A stretch of 62,422 nucleotides of DNA, the filler included, from Rhabdomonas costata (taxonomy: Eukaryota), in NCBI GenBank assembly GCA_019059605.1. It is 32 parts of 32 records of this genome, joined end to end, with 100 filler letters (N's around TTAATTAATTAA, not from the genome) between each part and the next. Parts side by side here need not be neighbours in the genome. Positions count along the whole stretch, not along the records: positions 1 to 1,854 come from JAHMHO010008159.1; positions 1,955 to 3,808 come from JAHMHO010008160.1; positions 3,909 to 5,763 come from JAHMHO010008161.1; positions 5,864 to 7,712 come from JAHMHO010008162.1; positions 7,813 to 9,666 come from JAHMHO010008163.1; positions 9,767 to 11,620 come from JAHMHO010008164.1; positions 11,721 to 13,580 come from JAHMHO010008165.1; 25 more parts are not named here. One strand, given 5' to 3'. The translations under genes and the position numbers were made by a program. Below are positions 1 through 12,270 of the stretch, piece by piece (positions within the stretch are counted from its first letter, which is position 1; every line of letters starts with the position of its first letter). Below the pieces are notes generated by a model, which worked only from the letters and a program-made list of their open reading frames with translations, ran no database searches and was not told the DNA's origin.

Positions 1-1564
1 TTTCTTTACCGTGTGCATATAACTGCAAGCAATTCCGCTACTTTGCCTCGTGGTCGGGCTTTTGGTCTGCTGAACACCCTGTTTTTCTTCGAATACTGCG
101 CCTATGATGGCATGTTGCACACCAATTCCCACTCAAATCGCAAACTCAAATGACTCAAATGTGTCGTATTGCTTCAATCTCTACGCGCTCTCGGGCAAAA
201 GGCCCGTGTGGCAGGTTTCTCGCGGCTTGAACAGAACTGACTTAATTTTTTTTGCCTCTTGATATGAGGCTCGTGCGCATTCCTGCCGGACACCCTGACG
301 AAACAGAAGTTTGCGAACTCGATGGCGGGAAAACGAAGAAAACAAGAGACTGGATTGGAACAAAGGTAAGGAAAAGAGCAAAAAATGGGGCGCGTGGCGG
401 TTGCAAAAAATGGACGCTTCGTGCTAGAAAAGAACACCACCGCAACGAGTGGTGAGAACACACAGACCGCCCGCGGGCCACGCAACTGTTTTATGAACAC
501 TCCTCGGGAGGTGGTGCCGGTTCAGTAAAGTTTTCCTAACCAAGAGGAGCGCAGACCATCTATTGCGAACACGAATAAAGGAAAGACGTCGACTGTCAAT
601 TTACTACTGGGAGATCACAGCTGTGCAAATATACGCTGCCCGCAACTGCCATCGGCAGGATGCGTTTTTTTTACTCGGTTGAACCACAATGGACAAATAA
701 TCAGTGGCCGTTTCGTCTCATCTCTCCCTCCTTCACCTCGAATTTGCCTCTTTTCAGTTGTCCGCGGTCCCTCCATTGTCTTTGCGGCTCCGTTCAACCC
801 GAAGCCTTCCTCCATATCATGGCGGCGAAGCGGTCAAACTTGCAGCACATAAGTAAACCACACATGTCCCAAAGTCCGTGCACATTCACAACCAGTGGGC
901 CCCAAACGAAGTCCGGGAACACATACACATAACTTACCAAAGGCCTCAGGTGCCGCTCATTCACGGCACAAAGCACAGATATGCTCCGCAACGCACAGCT
1001 TAAACCACAGTCAACAGCACAAACAGGCAGAACAAAAACATAGAACCTGAACCTGAGGAAAAATTGAAAGAAGAAGAAGAGAACTGACAAGGGAATCCTC
1101 CACACAGAGAGAGGGCACAGACATGCCCTCATTCTGTTCCGCAACGGTTTGAATGCAAAGGAGATGGTGGAGGTGGGTGGGAGGCGATCCCAACAGCTTA
1201 CGCCCCGCCCCAGCTGGTGCCGGCGACGTCTACCGCAGCTGGGGGGACCCGCTGGTCCCTGTGGTTCGAAGGGAAAACCCATTGGGGTGGGACTCAACCC
1301 ACACTGCGACGTGTAGGGAGTGGGACAAGGATCCCCAGAAGCAGGGGAGCGTTTTAACCAAAGGCTATTTAAAAATCTTCTGAAGGACAAGAATGGGGAA
1401 AGCTCCGCCCCCGACATGACATGATCTTCACTGCGAGAGCAGAATTCCCGAACAACGCGGGTAGGTCCCGGCTAAGGTGGGAACGCGGTCCTACCGGGTG
1501 TCCACGAGTATTTTACCTAAAAAGAATTTGCTCTAACTGCCCAAAAATCAATAGCAGGCGCTCG

Positions 1565-1807
1565 ATACCTGGGCCTCATTCGGGACCAGGTGGTCCCCAA
1601 CACAGTCGAGCTATGAGTATCAGTATCCCAGTCATGGGTCTGGTTTCAGCAGGACAGGGCCACATCACATACAGCTCGCAGTGTGCTGAACTACTTAGAG
1701 ATAACCTTTTCCGGAAAGGTTATCTCTAAGAAGGGAGATGTGATGTGGCCCCAGGTCACCAGACCTCACTGTACCAGCCTTTTGGGGATACATGAGAAAC
1801 CAGGTAT
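1565..1807. repeat. Nested imperfect inverted repeat (fold-back, MITE-like)
   Basis: Core 16-bp stem CTTAGAGATAACCTTT/AAAGGTTATCTCTAAG at 1694-1730. It is enclosed in correct order by GGGCCACATCACAT/ATGTGATGTGGCCC, GGTCTGGT/ACCAGACC, GTATCCC/GGGATAC, CTCAT/ATGAG and ATACCTGG/CCAGGTAT. Confidence 0.8.
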
Positions 1808-1854
1808 ACCATCGTCCTACATTTTCGTGGACACCTGGCAATATATAAACCAAC

Positions 1855-1954
1855 NNNNNNNNNNNNNNNNNNNNNNNNNNNNNNNNNNNNNNNNNNNNTT
1901 AATTAATTAANNNNNNNNNNNNNNNNNNNNNNNNNNNNNNNNNNNNNNNNNNNN
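1855..1954. other. Artificial contig spacer N44-TTAATTAATTAA-N44 (first of 31; others start at 3809, 5764, 7713, 9667, 11621, 13581, 15538, 17492, 19444, 21405, 23359, 25313, 27267, 29221, 31175, 33129, 35081, 37035, 38988, 40941, 42894, 44847, 46800, 48753, 50706, 52659, 54612, 56563, 58517, 60470)
   Basis: Identical 100-nt linker with stops in all six frames recurs about every 1.95 kb. The contigs are all about 1850-1860 nt, consistent with a length-sorted draft assembly. Confidence 0.98.
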
Positions 1955-2525
1955 TGTTGTGGTGTAGATTTCACGTTTTTTCACTGTCACCCTTCCCCCA
2001 ACTTTACTCCTGCGTGATCTCTCCGAAGTTCCAGCTAAAGCTCGCTGTTTTTTGCTGTCCTGATTGGATCTTTTGGAGGCACCCAGCTCTGCAAGCTGAG
2101 ATGCCTGCGGTCGAAAAAGGCAGGGTAACGTTGTGAGTTTGGTGCAGAGGGCTTCCTCTTGGGTCCGCCCACTCTAGATACGTCCTGTCTAGAAGTCAAC
2201 GTGCTCTTCGGCTAATTAAGTGTTTATCATCAGTCGCTCATATCCATAATAACAAGGAAAAAAGGTATTTAAAACCTCATTCACGGACGTGGTCTTTCAT
2301 TGTGCAGGAGAAGAGCGAAGTATCGGTGGGCTTTACTCAGAACCACACACACACAGTCTGAACACACGCCCCTCGCCATGTCCGCACCCGGTGATCTCTC
2401 ACTTCAACCTGCTTGTAGACGCTGATTTGGTGTCGCATTGGCGCAATGTTTAATGTTTGACACGGCAGGCTCTTCACCCTTCTCCCCCGCAGAATATCAT
2501 CATCCTGAGATGGGAGTGTGCTTCA

Positions 2526-3800
2526 GTGCTTGTCACCTACACTGTGGTGGGCAGCACACCCGCTCTGGCCAACGCTGGGTTGGCGGCGGTGAACCAGGCC
2601 ATTGCTGCAGGAGTCACGGGTCAGGCCCTCTTCGTCTCACCAACCACCGTGAGTGCGAACACGAGCACAGCTGCAACGGCGGCCGGCCTTGGCCCTAACC
2701 CTGGCCCTGTCCCCTACTTAACCACCTTCCTGATCCCCAACTCGTATGAAACGTTTTGGCCACATGTGGGGACAATCGGGTGTCTTTGAATTCGGATGTG
2801 GTGGTGATGGAGGGCCTATCCCTTTGTACATACCGAAACAAAACCAATTCAGGCACGACATATCATTTTCATGGTTGGGTTTTTACCTGTTTCCGAGGCT
2901 ATGCTGAGGTAATGCGCTGCGCGTTGACTTGGGCTGAACGACGACCTCAAATTATAAAAGAATAAGAATAAGGGCGCCTGGTCTATGAGGGGTTTATTGG
3001 GCCGAAGAACGGATTTTTGGATGCAATGGCACACTTTTGCTTCCTACGAGTATGTTTTGAGGCTTTTTTCCGAGTGTGTTTCGAGTGTGTTTCGAGGGTT
3101 TTCAGACACAACTTTGCTGTATTTTATATTTATAGGTTACAAGGCAACGTGCCGAAGGCCTTTTAACGGCGTAAGTGTTAGTTTTTTTCTATGTTGTGTG
3201 TGTGATAGGTGAGGCAAGTTAGGGCTGAGATTGCACGATACCCATCAAAAGGGTCTTACTCGACGTCGATAAGAGGGGGATGAGGGCTGAAAACCTTGGT
3301 TGTTCAAAATTGTTGGGAAAAGAGCGCCTTTTCCGAAAATGATCCGGAACCCAACTTTACTCCCTCGAGTTGGTTCACCTTCGTGAACCACCAGGGCAGT
3401 TAACGGGGGAGGGGGTCGAGTTTGAGCTTTACCCATTGCCTTGTATGCATCAATGTGTGGCTGTATGATTTTGTGATATATTTACTGCGCTGGAGCTTGG
3501 GGCATCGATGACGGACAATTTCATAGGGAAATCCGCTCTCACACCATGTCCTTGCGCACCCCCCCCCCCCAAAAAAAAAAGTAAATCTGTATTACATGGA
3601 CCGGTGATCCATGCCCTCAAATGTGCTAAATGTTCGCTGGTTGCAAAATACTAACGCTTATGTCTGATCCCGTCTTCGCGTTCAGCAGCAGCAGCAGCAG
3701 CAATCCTGCCCTGTTGGCTCTGTTGGCGCTTCTGGTGATCCCAGAGGCGGTGGCCTTCGCCGTGGTGCTTTGGTATTCGTTTCACCGTGGCACTATCCCC
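2526..3800 (+). CDS. Fragment of a single-pass surface membrane protein (exons ~2526-2743 and 3686-~3800)
   Basis: Ala/Thr/Pro-rich exon ends TC|GTATG. A phase-2 join at TTCAG|C gives ...FLIPNS-SSSSNPALLALLALLVIPEAVAFAVVLWY, a Ser linker followed by a transmembrane helix. Confidence 0.65.
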
Positions 3801-6795
3801 ACCAACACNNNNNNNNNNNNNNNNNNNNNNNNNNNNNNNNNNNNNNNNNNNNTTAATTAATTAANNNNNNNNNNNNNNNNNNNNNNNNNNNNNNNNNNNN
3901 NNNNNNNNATTTTGCTTCCCTGTTTTTGTGATGAGTCTTGCGTGATTGCCTGTACTGTCTTCTTACTCGTGCTTGAGAGGTGTGTGGTGAATTGGGCAAA
4001 GGAAGCTCAGTGGTGTGTTTTGTTGTGAAGGAATAAGGGGTTACAATGTACAGGGGATATCTGGGCTTCCTGCGGTTAGCATTGTAAATACTTTGTGATT
4101 TGTGTACTTGTGTTGATACTCAGGACTCGCGAATCTTGTGGTCTCTTTTGTCTTATATTTTCTGCATCTGTCGGCTTTTCAACGTATCTACATTGTAATA
4201 ATCCTGAGGCCGCCACGCAGAATTTGATCTTGCTTTGTGCTTTAATTCATGGAACGAATCGGTAGAATGAGGAAGAAACAGACCAAGAATCAGCATCGCA
4301 AGGATGGAACCTGAAGTTTTGAAGTGATTGTTCACTGCCGCAAACTGTGGATGTCTTTGGAGGCAAGGAAATTAACGTTCAGTGTTGTTTGGACACAACC
4401 AGAACACAAGATCCTTAAACAACGCAATGCTTGCCGGCTGGGGTTTGGAAAGAAAGGACCAACTGGCACCCAGTATACGGCTGCGCACATTTCTCGATAC
4501 CAAAAAAACAGCTGTGTTGCTGCCTACTTTCTTGCGCCTGCCATGGCGGTTATTGGCCTTGTCATTGTAGTTTGGTGGTTGTGGTTCGGGTCTGGCCCGC
4601 GGCGCCACCACCATCCGTGGATCCTGTGACGGATTAGGACCTCGGAGGGTGAACGGCACACCCCCTTAGAGGATTTGGGGGTGGGGTGACCCCAAAGAAA
4701 GTTTAATAAACAAAATATATAATTTAGTTTCAGGACGAAATCAATCCACACACACACCCATTTAGAACGCACAAAAATATAAAAGAAAACCCAATTTTCT
4801 TGGGGCTTTGCCCCGTGGCTCCCCTTCTCTCTAGTTCATTTGGCCCCGGAAGGGTCTTGAGAAAGACGAAATCAAAGACAACCAAAACGGGTAACCACCA
4901 AAAGGGTGGTACCGCAAGGCACGAAGCCAAACAACAACACAGCCAAGGATCAAAAAGGAGCAGTTTTGGCATTGAAATTCCCGCGCCGGTCCCACCATAC
5001 CCCGGTGGGCCGGAATCCTTTGCCCCAGGGGGCTTGGCATTCCATACCTAGGGCACCTTGTGCCCGACTGGATTGTTGCGGCCCCTTTTCCTGCTTGCAT
5101 TTTGCTTAACGGCCGCCGGGATTGAAGAGCGGCTTCATCCCGTTTGGCAAGGCTGCGGGGGTTATCCCGATGCCCTGTTGAGGATTGGACCGAGCAGCGT
5201 CCGCATCCCTCGGTCCCTCGGTTTCCGGGCGGAGCCCGGTAGCCATTTACCAGGTTGGTTCGTGAAAGTTCACAGCTGAGCTTCCGCATTTCAGAGGTCT
5301 GAAGCAAATCAATTTTATGCTTCGATGCGGTTGCAGTGGTTTGTTTCCTTCACCCTTTCCGAGAAATTAGGATGCTGCGGCCATGGCAGACGCCCCCACA
5401 CCCCATTTTCCACTCTTGCTCCGGATTTCGGCCAAGGTGCTGCTGTGCCGGTGAAAATTACAGTAAAGGCGTTTTTTCCTAAACAGGAAAAGGAAGGTCA
5501 ACGCTGTTTCGTGCAGCCACGGTGTTTGCACAAAAATTTCGCCAGGTATTATTGTTAAAAATGAGCAAAGGATGGTAAGATAAAGGCCCTCACTTATCGG
5601 CTCCACAAAGTTCATATGACCGGTCAAATGACAGTGCAATGATAGAAACCTTACATCAAAGCGCCGCATGTTTGGCCAGAAATGACTACATTTCGCAATG
5701 GCACTTAAGTTCACGGCACGGCGGCACAGGCACCAGAGTGCGGGAAGAGTGTAACACACAAAANNNNNNNNNNNNNNNNNNNNNNNNNNNNNNNNNNNNN
5801 NNNNNNNTTAATTAATTAANNNNNNNNNNNNNNNNNNNNNNNNNNNNNNNNNNNNNNNNNNNNTGGGGGGTCTCATATTTGGTGGTATGGTAGTACTCCT
5901 GAGATGAGTTGGTTGGCCGCTTCCCGGCTTCGGAGTCCTTCTCTACGCCGAGATATGGCCCCATCAAGGTCCCCTTTTCGACCTTTTAAAGGCATTTTCG
6001 ACTTAAAAAAATTTCAAGGGCCCCGGGTGCACTTTTTTGCCATTTGCAGGCCTGCGCACTGAGCCTAAGCTTTCGACCGGGCCTGCTTGGCATCCCTAAG
6101 GGTAGAGCCCAGGAGTACTTCATACTGGCACCGGAGTGGGCCGGAATTCTTCGGTTTAGTGGGCCGTTTTGGGGTATTTTTGAGCCCTTTTTGCCTTTAC
6201 ACAGGCTTGCAAGGGCCCTTTTTGGCCCTTTGCAGGCCTGCATACTGATAAGAGAAAGAACTGTACGCTGACACACCGTCCGCCCACCTGAACGCCGGTG
6301 TGCCAGCAACGATTTTTCTTTCTGTTTTCGATGTTCCAATTAGGATGGTTTGTGGATCATTACCCAACACCCTGCTCTGATCCGAGACCTCCCCTACATT
6401 TTGCTGACCCCCAACCAGGTTGGTTGTGATCCCCAGCGAGCGAGCCTCCTCCCTCCCGTCCCCAGGCCCTGTTTTCGAGGTGGACTTTCTGCGTCTGGTA
6501 GATGACGGGACAGCGCCGTACTCTCTGCACTGTGCACTTTAGTCGAGATAGTGTGGGGCTTCTTCTGCACGCTTCGAGTGGAGGGGAACTGAATTTTTTT
6601 TTTGCACTTTTCAGTGTGATCGATTTTTGGAATAAATGACATTATTAAGTCACTTTAAGAATGTTTAATCTCCCCCGTTGCTCTTACCTCCCGAGGTTGG
6701 TCATTTCGATCCTCCCGCGAAAAGTTGTAAGGTGAAATTGGAAACAGAGAGACGGAGAAATTGATGGGTTGATAGGGTGGATGGGCCGGGGTCAG

Positions 6796-7546
6796 ATCGA
6801 GCTTCGCCGCCTGTGCAACACCTTCAACGTGGATTTTCCGATGGGTGCGTTATGGGTACATCTGAACTGCCCATTTCGCCTGACTCGCCTCCCTCCATTC
6901 ATTGTGTTGTCTTCAATTACAGAATTCCTGTGTAGTCGTTCGCAGCGCAGGTTTTGTGCTTCCTCAAAGCACTTTTGTCTCGGAAATTGCGCTTGCTCTG
7001 CCGCGTGCGATTTCAAAGCTTTGCTCCATCAATCGAGCAAACACGACAGCTGTATAACTGATTAGTGCGGTGATCGGTGATCAGTTGTTTGTGATTTTTA
7101 ACCTCAGGTTGTTCTCTCATTGTGCTTCAACTTCTGAAACTTTTTAATGGAAGTTGAGTGAGTTCGTTGCTGCTGTATGCTTATAGTGAACTCCCCCCAA
7201 CACGCAGATTTTGACTCGGTCCCGCAGCGGAGCAAGACGATCATGGATCTCGCGGCCAAATTCGGGCATGCGAACTTCACGTGACCCTTGTATAACGATT
7301 GTCCCACACACGCCCATTCTCAATGTATTTTTCGTTCCCGAACATAACATAATGTTTTGCCTGGATCAGCGTCAGGAACGGGAATCAGTCCTCGCTGTTC
7401 AGGCAGTCGACCGGGTTGGTATTTCGGCCTGAGTTAGAGAAGGTTAAAAGGCACAACCTCCGCGCACGTGTTCACAGGAACAACCTAAGCATTCTTTCCA
7501 AAGGCCGATACGACGTTATTGCCAACGCTGACGGTGATGTGAAGCA
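6796..7546 (+). CDS. Multi-exon hypothetical protein fragment (exons 6796-6844, 7208-~7280, then probable small exons near 7370-7415 and 7478-7546)
   Basis: The first join is phase-consistent GT-AG: IELRRLCNTFNVDFPM-DFDSVPQRSKTIMDLAAKFG. Later junctions are uncertain. Confidence 0.45.
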
Positions 7547-9179
7547 GTGTCCTGCCCTTCCCTGCTTTGTTCCTGTTCCTTTCGCGAAGGGTTGTTCAAG
7601 TTGGCCTGGGGCTTTAAACTTTAAACTTTACTTTATGGCGATCGCACCATACCAGGACAGTGCTGTATGGTGCGATCGCCATAAAGTAAAGTTTAAAGTT
7701 TAAAACCCCAACNNNNNNNNNNNNNNNNNNNNNNNNNNNNNNNNNNNNNNNNNNNNTTAATTAATTAANNNNNNNNNNNNNNNNNNNNNNNNNNNNNNNN
7801 NNNNNNNNNNNNGGGGTTTTTGCCACCGGCCTCTTTGCGCATTGTTTTTGAGCGGTCTCCTCCATTGTAAAAAATGTTGCACCATCCTAGTGTGCATGTT
7901 TTCCAGGGCTTCGTCTTTCCGGCTTCTGTTTTTGTTATCCCCGTGCGTTGCTGTGGCGGGCTTTGGCCTTTTCTCTCCAACCGCTCCTTGGCGCGAGATC
8001 TGCGGCCTCCACCCCTCTCTATTTTGCCCCGCCAAGCACACCCTCTTCTGCTCTACTTTGCGCCTCCGTGCGCCTATTTCCTTTGCCGGTCCTAGAAGCC
8101 TCCTCTTTTAGATTCGGCTCTTTTTTGCTTCTGTTATTCTGATCATGCGTATTGCCTTATTGGTTTTTGTGTCGACGTTTTGTGAAAACGTCAGCATCTA
8201 GCGGTCATTGATCAGTGGTATTCGGTGTCATCCAGCATCGTGGTATTCTGGTCGCCCAGGTCAAGCCGAAGACTCTGAATCAAGCCTTCAACATGGCTTG
8301 GGAGGGCCATCTGAGCCCTTCCACCACATCGCGGATCTACTTCAAACAAGAGAACTCGAAGCTATTTTCCGACGAAGAGCTCGAAGTTTTCTTCCCGGAG
8401 GCATCCAGTTTATCACAAGTCAGAATCGGCAGTTTATCGAAGAGCAAAAGATGCCAACCCAGTTTATTCAAGACAGAAGGTGAAGGATGGTTCCCGCATC
8501 GTGTCACACCAGTATTTCTGACAGTTTCTGTTTCATTATCACGTTTTGACCACCATCAACAGGAAGGGGTATTGGAGCGACTACAGCCGGGGATGTGGCA
8601 GCGGTTGGCCTCCAGTTGTAGGGGGCCTAGGCCAGACGCCGCGTACGTATCAACCGGCAAATCAAAAAATGGAGTTGGGCCCACTATCAGGTCAGGCGCC
8701 GGGACCCAGACACACCAAATCGTGGCAACTGACTGGTTCTCCACCTAGAAGCGTGTCATCGCATTCTTTAACTGCCGGCGGAGGTGAAACTTTGCGCAAC
8801 TGCCCCTGAAAGCTGGAGGATGCTGAACCAACGCATCTAATACAGCAGGGACAGTAGGCAGCATTCGCACAGCACCCAAATGCGGTGGCGGCAGCGCACT
8901 GATGGCGGCCAGCCATGCCACAGCCACGGCCTCTCTCACTCCATAACCTCATCAATCAGTCCACCAACACAACTCAGCGCCACCGTATTTTTAGCTCTCT
9001 CGTTCTTTTCTCGTTCACATACAAAAACATCTTCACACGCGCCGATCGTTTCAGGCTTCCCATCGCAAGTTGAGCCGAACCTCTCGGCTTCGTTTATTCG
9101 GTCACTAATTTGAGATTGGAAGTTTTCGATGTTAACACACTGCCAACTTTCGAGGTTTCGTCTCATACAAACTTCCAGC

Positions 9180-9400
9180 CGGACTTCCCACACTAAACGT
9201 CAAAAAAGTTAGGAGTTTTCTCGGAAGTTGAGCCTTCTACCATAAATTCTATCCGCAGTTTGCGAAGGTGGCTACACACCTCACCAATTTGCTGGCGAAT
9301 AAGAAGCCGTTTGTTGCCTACATCAATTGCAGGAATTCGATTTTGCAATCACCCACATTCTGTGTATGTCAAATGTTTTTGCCTAAATTCTCTCAAGCAT
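9180..9400 (+). mobile_element. Degenerate Ty3/Gypsy LTR-retrotransposon pol fragment (RT thumb/connection region)
   Basis: Translates as LNVKKVRSFLGS*AFYHKFYPQFAKVATHLTNLLANKKPF, matching the Gypsy motif 'KELRSFLGxxxYYRRFIxxFAxIAxPLTxLL'. An in-frame stop and broken flanking frames indicate decay. Confidence 0.75.
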
Positions 9401-11720
9401 GCACGAGCAACAGAAAAGGTGGTACACCTCCACGCCTATACAAGCCCATAATGTGTTCCGGTGTTTCGGTGGACCAGATCAAATCCTGTTGGACGACTGG
9501 CTGGACAATTGCTGACACGATCCCAAAATCTTTAAATAGTTTTTCGACCACAACACCAAAGAGCTTCACAATGACACGCGGAAGCACCGCAAGTACGGCC
9601 GACGTTGGGACGATGACAAAATCCTCGTACGAAAGAATCGGATTAATCAGATTATCACCCCAAACCNNNNNNNNNNNNNNNNNNNNNNNNNNNNNNNNNN
9701 NNNNNNNNNNTTAATTAATTAANNNNNNNNNNNNNNNNNNNNNNNNNNNNNNNNNNNNNNNNNNNNGGTTGTGTTGGCTGGGCTCCACACAGTTTCACCA
9801 CAAGTTTTCCAACAGTTTTCCAACTCAAAATCACTTTTTCACGAAGCAGAACAAAGTTCTGTGGAGCAGGTACGTTTTTGTGCAGACGTTGTGGGTGCCG
9901 TTGTTAAATCTTAAGGCTGAATGTAATCTGCAGTAAACAAAGGAAAGACGGATTTTATATAGGAAGTAGAGGGTTGGAGTTTTTCTTGCTTCGGTCATTG
10001 GACACGTCCATGCCTTTTTCCTCTGTTGGATGTTTTAGTTGGCCTGTAATTTTGGGTTAACCTCACTGGCCCGTGGCGACCCGCACTATTCCAGCCAAGG
10101 GCGAGTCGGCTGCTGCAGGTTCATGTCTCGGCTATTTTTGACACGCTAGACATGTTTCGATAGAAAATCAACCTTACACTCTGGCTGCGGCATTGTATTC
10201 TGTTCTTTTTGTACCTGCAGAGCACTGCCCCACTGCCCCAATTAACAACGCAAGCCGTATCTCTCCTATAATTTCCATACCAACTTGCGGTTGCATGTCT
10301 AACTGTCGCCCTCTGGAAACACGAGTGTCTGAGTCTTGGGCCCTAGTTGAACCGAGTCCAGGTATTTCGTACCTTGACCTCAACGTGAAAAAACAGATTG
10401 AGAAAAAGGATGAGTAAAAAAGCCACATATCCTGCTTTTCCCTCTAACTGAAGGCGATTTGCAGCCACCACTGCACACCAATCCACAACATGGCGAGTTA
10501 TAAGCAACGTTATTGTAAAACAACACGAGAAAAACTGAGAAGCTCAATCGACTGCGAACATGAACCCAGTTTCCTTGGCTGGGGTCGTCGCCAAATACGC
10601 ACCCGCCTTCTGACATAACCCACGCTCGGCACTCAATGCAAGCGAAGCGGCTTGATGACACTGAGCCAGCAGCCACTTTTTCTCAACAGGAACATAGCAG
10701 CAAGTTGCTTCGCTGCTTCTGACTAATACCACTCTCCAAATTGATTTTTAAACCCTCTGCGCAGCATCGGAGTTTTTTTTCACTACGTTCGAAACGCGAA
10801 AACGCGCCGGCAGTTTGATCTGACAGCGGTGACGGCAGGGAGGCAGGAGAGAGCTGAGCTTGGAAACCTTTATTGTTCACTGTTCGCACCTCGAGCGATC
10901 AGCAAAATTCCAAAGTATAAACATATGCTCAAATTCAGGAACCTAGACACGTTAAAACACTTGTATTAGCTATTCTTTTTACCTCGGAAAATGACCCCAA
11001 CAACAAATTAAGGTCCAATGGGACTCGACAGGCAAACTCCTGGATTCCCATAGACCAAACTCATCCCAACGAGATGAACAAGGGGCAATGCTAAGCCAGA
11101 ACCGGAGTTGCGATACGGGGAGGCCTGGCATGACGCGCACTTAGAGTAGCGAATTTACAACGGAGAGAATCAGAGAAAGTGAGCCGGCAAAAAGAGGTCT
11201 CTTGTCCCTCCCGCCGCACTATACGGTGAGTCTTCTGCATTTCCATTACGGCGAGTAAACTACTGCGAAGGGTCATTTGCCACCGAGGGTTCTTTTTTTC
11301 TTCGCTTATGGTAGCTTTCTCTGGTTTCTTCTCGTGGTGCCGGGCGCGAAAAGGACCAAAAGAATGGAAAGATGTTTCGATCGTGAGGCAACCAATCTGG
11401 CTACCTGCTTCTGGAGCACGTTGGGTGCACGACCTTGTCACTGGAGTTGTCAAGTGTGGGGCTGCCTGGTGAGGCAGGAGGCGGGCGCCCGAGTCTCTTG
11501 GGGGTTCTTCCAAGACGAACGGCTGCGGTCATTCTTCGTGCAGGGCCGGAAGTTTCGACTCCGCGAAAGCCTAGAAGGACTCCGGCATGCGATTATGGAA
11601 GGCCTGCCAGGCAGCCCCACNNNNNNNNNNNNNNNNNNNNNNNNNNNNNNNNNNNNNNNNNNNNTTAATTAATTAANNNNNNNNNNNNNNNNNNNNNNNN
11701 NNNNNNNNNNNNNNNNNNNN

Positions 11721-11969
11721 GGTTGTGGGGACGGGTGGTGCCCGAGGTGGGCAGGCTCGGGGTGCCCCGGCTTGTCGAGCCTTGGGGTTGGGCCTGGGTC
11801 CTCGCGGGTGTGGTCGGGGACCGATGCAGGGGAGGAGTCCCCCGCGACCCCCGGGTGGGTTGCTCGCTCTTCTCGCTCTCGTTCTCGCTGCTCTCGCTCT
11901 CGTCGTCCCCTCAGCTTTGTTTTCCTCCACACCGCACTTCATCTCGGTCCTGTCCAGCACGTGCATCAG

Positions 11970-12008
<39 letters not shown>

Positions 12009-12245
12009 GGCCTTCCTCCTCTCGACCCGCCTTCCTACAGCTTCTACCCTAAGAGGATCGACAAACGTGTGGCGAAGGACGAAGCCAGCATCCTGTCAGC
12101 CACCCCAGTCGCAGGTGGAAGGAAGAGACAGTCAGAGGAAGAAAAATTCAAAAGAAAAAATAAGCCGCGCCTTGCCGATCAGAAGCCACAGTCCCAAAAG
12201 AACGAGGAATCATCAAACAAACGCAACCCCCCCAAAAAACGGTAA
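11721..12245 (+). CDS. 3' end of a hypothetical gene (exon to ~11854, intron with (CA)n, last exon 12041-12245, Lys/Arg-rich tail)
   Basis: GG|GTGGGT donor and CCTACAG|C acceptor join in phase 2 to give ...ESPATPG-FYPKRIDKR...NPPKKR*. Confidence 0.45.
11973..12007. repeat. (CA)n microsatellite, intronic
   Basis: Direct read. Confidence 0.95.
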
Positions 12246-12270
12246 TCTGTGATAGCACAGTGCCCGATTC

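Noticed and set aside
1955..1968. G/T-only starts and A/C-only ends shared by many contigs (telomere-like)
   Set aside because: There is no fixed repeat unit. It is more consistent with residual degenerate G/T amplification primers.
7608..7709. Near-perfect ~45-bp-arm hairpin
   Set aside because: It terminates at the contig end, typical of a fold-back chimera from whole-genome amplification.
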